A stretch of 64,000 bases of DNA, taken from positions 160,001 through 224,000 of the forward strand of contig CAWJJC010000022.1 of the NCBI GenBank assembly GCA_963843145.1, written 5' to 3'. The notes beneath the pieces were generated by a model that was not told the DNA's origin, made no database searches, and saw only the letters and a program-made list of their open reading frames with translations. The DNA comes from an uncultured delta proteobacterium. Its GTDB lineage: Bacteria > Desulfobacterota > RBG-13-43-22. A program made the translations under genes and the position numbers. How positions within the stretch are numbered: the first letter of the stretch is position 1; the number at the start of each line of letters is the position of its first letter. Shown piece by piece: positions 58,880 to 64,000 of this stretch.

Positions 58880-59950
58880 ATGTTTGCCGTCATAATGGCC
58901 GGTGGTCGGGGGACCCGTTTCTGGCCCCGGAGCCGCAAGCGCCGTCCTAAACAACTATTGAATATCATAGGGGAAAAAACGATCCTGGAACAGACCGTGG
59001 ACCGCATACGGCCCCTTTGCGACTGGGATCGGATTCTGATCGTTACCGAAGAGGAACAGGCCCCCCTGATCCGGGAGCTCTTGCCCCAACTCCCCGCCGA
59101 TCAGTTACTGGTTGAACCTCTCGGCAGGAACACGGCGCCCTGCATCGGTCTGGCGGCGCTTTTTGTGGCCGAACGGTATCCGGAAGAGGCCATGGTCATC
59201 CTTCCGGCAGACCATCATATCGCGGATATTGATGATTTTCAAATCACCCTGAGCGCCGCCGTGCAGGCGGCTCAAGAGGGCGACGTGCTGATTACCCTGG
59301 GCATCCCCCCTACCTTCCCGGAAACGGGCTACGGTTATATTGAACAAGGGGGGCCGATGAAGTCCGGAGGCCCTCGCGGCGTCTGGGAGGTTAAGGCCTT
59401 TCATGAAAAACCGGATCGAAAAAAGGCCGAAACCATGCTGGCAGCCGGCCGTTTTTACTGGAACAGCGGGATGTTTATCTGGACCGCGGCCACGATCCTG
59501 AAGCAGTTCGCACGCTGGACCCCGGCGCTTTACCAGGAACTGTTAGGGCTTATGAATCAATCGGGATACCCAGGATGGGAAAAGGCCTTGCGGGAGGCCT
59601 ATGAACGGATGGAAGACATCTCCATTGACTACGCCGTCATGGAGAAGGCGGACAACGTGCGCATGCTCGAGGGCCGTTTCGGTTGGAACGACGTGGGCAG
59701 TTGGGAAGCGGTCTATCAATTATCTGAAAAGGACGGCCAGGGAAATGTTTTCCAGGGGTCGGTAGTCGACTTGGACAGCCGGGGTTGTTTGGTGTACAGC
59801 CCCCAAAAAACCGTGGCCCTTCTAGGCGTTCAAGACCTGGTGGTGGTGGAAACCCCGGAGGCCCTCCTGATTTGTCCGCGGGAGCGTTCCCAAGAAGTAA
59901 AAAAAATCGTCGAACGGCTGATCCGAGAAGGGCGGGAAGACCTGTTGTAG
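58880..59950 (+). CDS. manC: Mannose-1-phosphate guanylyltransferase
   Basis: MAGGRGTRFWPRSR, RNTAP, PADH, TGYGYI, WNSGMF, SIDYAVME. Confidence 0.95.
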   Translation: MFAVIMAGGRGTRFWPRSRKRRPKQLLNIIGEKTILEQTVDRIRPLCDWDRILIVTEEEQAPLIRELLPQLPADQLLVEPLGRNTAPCIGLAALFVAERYPEEAMVILPADHHIADIDDFQITLSAAVQAAQEGDVLITLGIPPTFPETGYGYIEQGGPMKSGGPRGVWEVKAFHEKPDRKKAETMLAAGRFYWNSGMFIWTAATILKQFARWTPALYQELLGLMNQSGYPGWEKALREAYERMEDISIDYAVMEKADNVRMLEGRFGWNDVGSWEAVYQLSEKDGQGNVFQGSVVDLDSRGCLVYSPQKTVALLGVQDLVVVETPEALLICPRERSQEVKKIVERLIREGREDLL

Positions 59951-59968
59951 TAATGAGCGGAGGATGGA

Positions 59969-61336
59969 ATGGAACCCCATATATTTAGAGAATATGATAT
60001 CCGGGCCCTGGTCGATCGGGAAATAACCCTTGACGAAGTGTCCCTCTTAGGCCGGGCTATCGGCACTTATCTGGGCCGGGAGGGGAAAAAAAAGATCACC
60101 CTGGGCCGCGACGGCCGTCTGAGTTCCGGGGCCTTTCGGGACCATCTGCTGGAAGGACTGCTGTCCACCGGTTGCCAGGTCCTGGATATCGGGGTCTGTC
60201 CGACGCCGCTCTTGTATTTTTCCATTCGCTCCCTGGAAGCCGAGGGCGGGGTTATGATCACCGCCAGCCACAATCCACCGGAATACAATGGATTTAAAAT
60301 CTGTAATGGACCGGATACCATCTTCGGGCAAGAAATCCAGAGGCTGCTGGGTATTGCTGAAAAGGGCGATTTCCTTGCCGGCCACGGCCAGTTGGAATAC
60401 CGGGATGTCCTTCCGGCTTATCACCAGTTCATCCTTTCCGATATCCGCCTGTCCAAGCCCTTACGGGTGGGGGTGGACGGGGGAAACGGGACCGGCGGCT
60501 GGCTGGCCTTGCCGCTTCTGAAAAAATTGGGTTGCCAGGTCTTTGACCTGTATTGCGACATCGACGGCACCTTCCCTCATCATGAGCCCGATCCCACGGT
60601 GCCCCGGAATTTGGCCGATTTGATCGACCTGGTGCGTCGGGAAAAACTGGACGTGGGCCTGGCTTACGATGGGGACGGGGATCGCCTGGGGGTCGTCGAC
60701 CATCAGGGAACGATTATCTGGGGAGATCAACTCCTGATCCTGTTCGCCCGGGAGATCCTGAAAACCCGTCCCGGGGCTACCTTCCTCGGGGAGGTTAAAT
60801 GCTCCCAAAATTTGTACGAAGACATCCCCCGCCACGGGGGCCAGGTCCTGATGTGGAAGACCGGGCACTCCCTGATTAAACAGAAAATGAAGGAAGTTCA
60901 GGCCGTGCTGGCGGGTGAAATGAGCGGGCATATTTTTTTCGCGGATCGCTACTTTGGCTTCGATGACGCCATCTATGCCTCGTTGCGGCTTTTGGAAATA
61001 TTGGCCCGATCCGGCCAATCCATATCCGAACTCTTGGCAGGCCTCCCCCAAACCTACGCCACTCCGGAAATTCGAGTGGAGACCCGAGAAGAGCTTAAAT
61101 TTAGCCTGGTGGAGGCCATGAAAAATGAATTGGCCGGTCGTTTTCCGATCATCGAGGTGGACGGGGTCCGGGTACTCTTTGAGGACGGCTGGGGACTCAT
61201 TAGAGCCTCAAATACCCAGCCGGTACTGGTTTTGCGTTTTGAGGCCCGCTCGCCCACCCGTCTAAAGGAAATACAACAACTTATAGAAGGGCTGTTGACC
61301 CAGGTCCGATCCCGGGAAGAAAGCCTTGGGCGGTGA
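59969..61336 (+). CDS. Phosphomannomutase/phosphoglucomutase
   Basis: FREYDIR, TASHNP, DGDGDR, GEMSGH, RASNT. Confidence 0.96.
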   Translation: MEPHIFREYDIRALVDREITLDEVSLLGRAIGTYLGREGKKKITLGRDGRLSSGAFRDHLLEGLLSTGCQVLDIGVCPTPLLYFSIRSLEAEGGVMITASHNPPEYNGFKICNGPDTIFGQEIQRLLGIAEKGDFLAGHGQLEYRDVLPAYHQFILSDIRLSKPLRVGVDGGNGTGGWLALPLLKKLGCQVFDLYCDIDGTFPHHEPDPTVPRNLADLIDLVRREKLDVGLAYDGDGDRLGVVDHQGTIIWGDQLLILFAREILKTRPGATFLGEVKCSQNLYEDIPRHGGQVLMWKTGHSLIKQKMKEVQAVLAGEMSGHIFFADRYFGFDDAIYASLRLLEILARSGQSISELLAGLPQTYATPEIRVETREELKFSLVEAMKNELAGRFPIIEVDGVRVLFEDGWGLIRASNTQPVLVLRFEARSPTRLKEIQQLIEGLLTQVRSREESLGR

Positions 61337-61815
61337 TCCACTCGAAAAGTCATCCATCCAAAAGGGCGAGCAACCTATTTTTTATTTTTCCCTCCATTCT
61401 TTGACCCACCGGAAGGCCGATAAATCACAGCACAAATTCAACCCGCTGCTTCAGGTTCCTCCGGGGACCGCTATTCATCGAAAAAAGGACCTTCCTAATC
61501 CGTCATAACCCCTCGCCTTCCCGGTTTTCTTTATCGAGGGAAGAGGGAAAGGGAGATTTTAGACGGGGAGGGCCGGGAGGCTTTAAAAAAGGAAGAAAAG
61601 AAAAGGAAAACAGAGTTTAAATAATAGGCCCATCGAGGCCTTCAAGCCAGCCAGGAGGCTTAACCCTGAAAACTACTTAGGATTTATTGAATCCAAATAT
61701 AAAATGAATTTCTAACCAGTTAGACCTCTTGAAACCTTGAAGGACCGCTTTCAGGGCTACTTCAGCCTCCTCAACGCTTCAGCCTTGGCTAACTTAAAAA
61801 TCGCCCTTTCCCCCT

Positions 61816-61844
61816 TTGACAGGGCCTTTCGAATCTATTACAAC
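61816..61844 (+). promoter_or_regulatory. sigma70 promoter of the dnaA-like gene
   Basis: TTGACA-N17-TACAAC. Confidence 0.55.
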
Positions 61845-61917
61845 CGTCCTTAATCCAACCGTAAAAAACAACGCACGCATCCTAAACCAAAACGCAATCT
61901 AAGGGCTTAAAACCTGC

Positions 61918-63260
61918 ATGGAATCGATCTGGATCCAAGTCAAAGGGGAGCTTCAGGCGCAACTCCCCGAAAATCTTTTTCGGATGTGGATCGACCCGCT
62001 GGACACGGCCCAAGTCACCGAACAAGAAATCATTTTACAGTGCCCCAATCTTTTTTTCCTCAACTGGATCAAAGAAAAATATCTACCTATAATCTCTGAA
62101 ACCCTAACCCGCCTACACCACCACCCTCCCCAATTGACGTTACAGTTGTCCAAGCAGCGCTCTTTTCCGGCGGAGGTCCCTCAAACCCATCAGTATATAT
62201 TGCCCGGCCTGGATCGGAAAGAGCCCCGGCGTTTTCAAAACGGTTTTACCTTTGACCAGTTTGTCACCGGTCCGAGCAATCGTTTTGCCTACCTGGCCAC
62301 CCTGGCGCTGGCCTCCGAGCAAAATATTTACAACAATGCCCTCTACCTTTACTCGGCCAATGGTCTGGGAAAAACCCACCTTTCACAAGCCGTAGGCCGC
62401 CATCTGCTAACCCATAAACCACAGGCCAAGGTCCTTTATCTGTCGGCCGAGGAATTTACTCAGGAAATGGTGGTGTCCCTAAAGTCGAACCGGATGGAGA
62501 ATTTTAAAGAGAAATACCGGAAAAATTGCGATTTTCTTCTTTTGGAGGAGATTCACTTTTTAAGCGGGAAGGAAACCACCCAGGCCGAATTGGGCTACAC
62601 CCTGGATACCTTGCTGAACGATAATAAAAAGATCATCTTCACCAGTTCTTTTTTGCCGAAAGACCTCTCCCGAATCGGGGGGAAATTGAAATCCCAGTTC
62701 AGCGCTGCCCTCTTGGGAGGAATTGAACCCCCGATTTTGAGACTCGCTTGGAAATTGTGGAAAAAAAATCCGCTCTTTTGGGGTTGAGTCTGGAACCGCA
62801 GGTTAAAGAATACCTGGCCGATCAACCCCTGACCGACATCCGGCAGTTGGAAAACTGTTTGACCAGTATGAAGGCTCAGGTGATGCTGTTAAATCAACCG
62901 CTGGACCTTGAACTGGCCGAATGTCTAGTCCAACAACACCTCCCCGCCCATCGGGAAATTACCATTTCGGATATCAAGAACCTGGTGGGCCGCTATTTTA
63001 AGATTACTCCGGAGGAGATGATTTCCAAGTCCCGGAAACGGACGCACCTTTATCCCCGGAATCTGTCTATCTATCTGAGCAAAAGGTTTACCAGTCAGAC
63101 CTGTGAGGCCATCGGGCAGTCCTTTAACCGCGATTATTCTTCGATTATCCATGCCGTGAATGCCGTGGAAAAAAGTTTAAAAAAAAATAACGAGGTCTCA
63201 CGACAGGTCAACTATTTAACGGCCAAACTGGAAGAGTTCAGCCAGGGTCGGGCTGCCTGA
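61918..63260 (+). CDS. dnaA: Divergent DnaA paralogue split by a 1-nt frameshift at 62728-62732
   Basis: Domain I (WIDPL, PNLFF..WI), FTFDQFVTGPSNRFA, GLGKTHL and a domain IV HTH; adding one C joins IEPP to DFETRLEIVEKK. Confidence 0.88.
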
Positions 63261-63264
63261 ACGC

Positions 63265-64000
63265 ATGGCCCCCTATCCGCACTCCCCCTTTTGGCCAAAA
63301 ATTCAGCGCCGATTGCGGGGCTATAGAGACGAAGCAGTCCAACTGCTTCGGGAGCTGACGGCTATTCCCGCCCTGGGGCCCGAGAATGGGGGCGAGGGGG
63401 AGCAGGCCAAGGCCCTTTTTCTCAAAAATAGATTAAAGGCCCTGAACCCTCAGCGGATGATCTCTCTTTCTTGTCCGGATCAGCGGGTCCCTTCAAAAAT
63501 TCGGCCGAATATCCTGGCCCTCTTTGCGGGCCGAGACCCGGGTCGAACGGTCTGGATTTTGAGCCACCTGGATACCGTTCCTCCGGGAGACCGCCGTTTT
63601 TGGAAAAGTGATCCCTACAGGCTTCAACAGAAGGGAGACCGGCTCATCGGTCGGGGCGTGGAGGATAATCATCACGGAATCGTATCTTCCCTTTTTGCCG
63701 TTAAGGCCTTTCAGGAGGAAGGGGTCCTTCCGGCCTATAGGATCGGGGTGGTTTTGGTTTCCGATGAAGAAACCGGCAGTCGGAGAGGACTACAATATGT
63801 CCTTAAGAAACAAGGGAACCTTTTTAAACCGGAGGACCTGATCATCGTTCCGGATGCCGGCAACCCGGAGGGTACCCTAATCGAGGTGGCCGAAAAGAGT
63901 CTTTTATGGCTTAAGTTTTCTCTTTTCGGTACCTCCTGCCATGCCAGCCGTCCGGATCTGGGGGTGAATACCCTGCGAGCCAGCGCTCAATTAATCCTGA
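63265..64000 (+). CDS. M20 family metallopeptidase (ArgE/DapE-like), runs off the window
   Basis: Open from ATG 63265: IPALGPENGGEGE, SHLDTVPPG, GRGVEDN, SDEETGS, HASRP. Confidence 0.9.
   Translation, partial: MAPYPHSPFWPKIQRRLRGYRDEAVQLLRELTAIPALGPENGGEGEQAKALFLKNRLKALNPQRMISLSCPDQRVPSKIRPNILALFAGRDPGRTVWILSHLDTVPPGDRRFWKSDPYRLQQKGDRLIGRGVEDNHHGIVSSLFAVKAFQEEGVLPAYRIGVVLVSDEETGSRRGLQYVLKKQGNLFKPEDLIIVPDAGNPEGTLIEVAEKSLLWLKFSLFGTSCHASRPDLGVNTLRASAQLIL

Noticed and set aside
61337-61917. Canonical oriC next to the dnaA-like gene
   Set aside because: No TTATCCACA-type box cluster and no dnaN, rpmH or gyrB context.

Overview
Chromosomal window from a flagellated, probably anaerobic Desulfobacterota (deltaproteobacterial-type) bacterium; the taxonomy is inferred from gene content and protein style. 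From left to right it holds: a divergent IF-1 and RRM gene pair; a dcw division/cell-wall cluster (mraZ to ftsZ, no ddl); hsp20; a motility/chemotaxis region of about 29 kb (SLT, two HD-GYP proteins, an HDOD pseudo-kinase, two MotAB stator pairs, two MCPs, a che operon with two CheD, two CheX-like proteins, FliL, TPR and two PilZ proteins, and fliC-flaG-fliD-fliS) with readable sigma54 and sigma28 promoters; an AT-richer, partly decayed flagellin-glycosylation island (a frameshifted methyltransferase-glycosyltransferase gene, a group II intron 3' remnant, an rfbG pseudogene); two toxin-antitoxin-like pairs; mce, nifU-nifS, manC and a phosphomannomutase; a divergent, frameshifted DnaA paralogue; and a truncated M20 peptidase. 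The strongest candidates for new biology are (1) a CheA carrying a tandem MshEN c-di-GMP-binding motif where P2 normally sits, inside a locus rich in c-di-GMP enzymes and receptors, (2) a DnaA paralogue with lost ATPase/oligomerisation residues and an altered DNA-recognition helix, preceded by a cluster of short non-canonical repeats, and (3) an AbrB/MraZ-like plus RelE-like pair with a perfect operator. All family calls come from motif recognition by eye; no searches were run.
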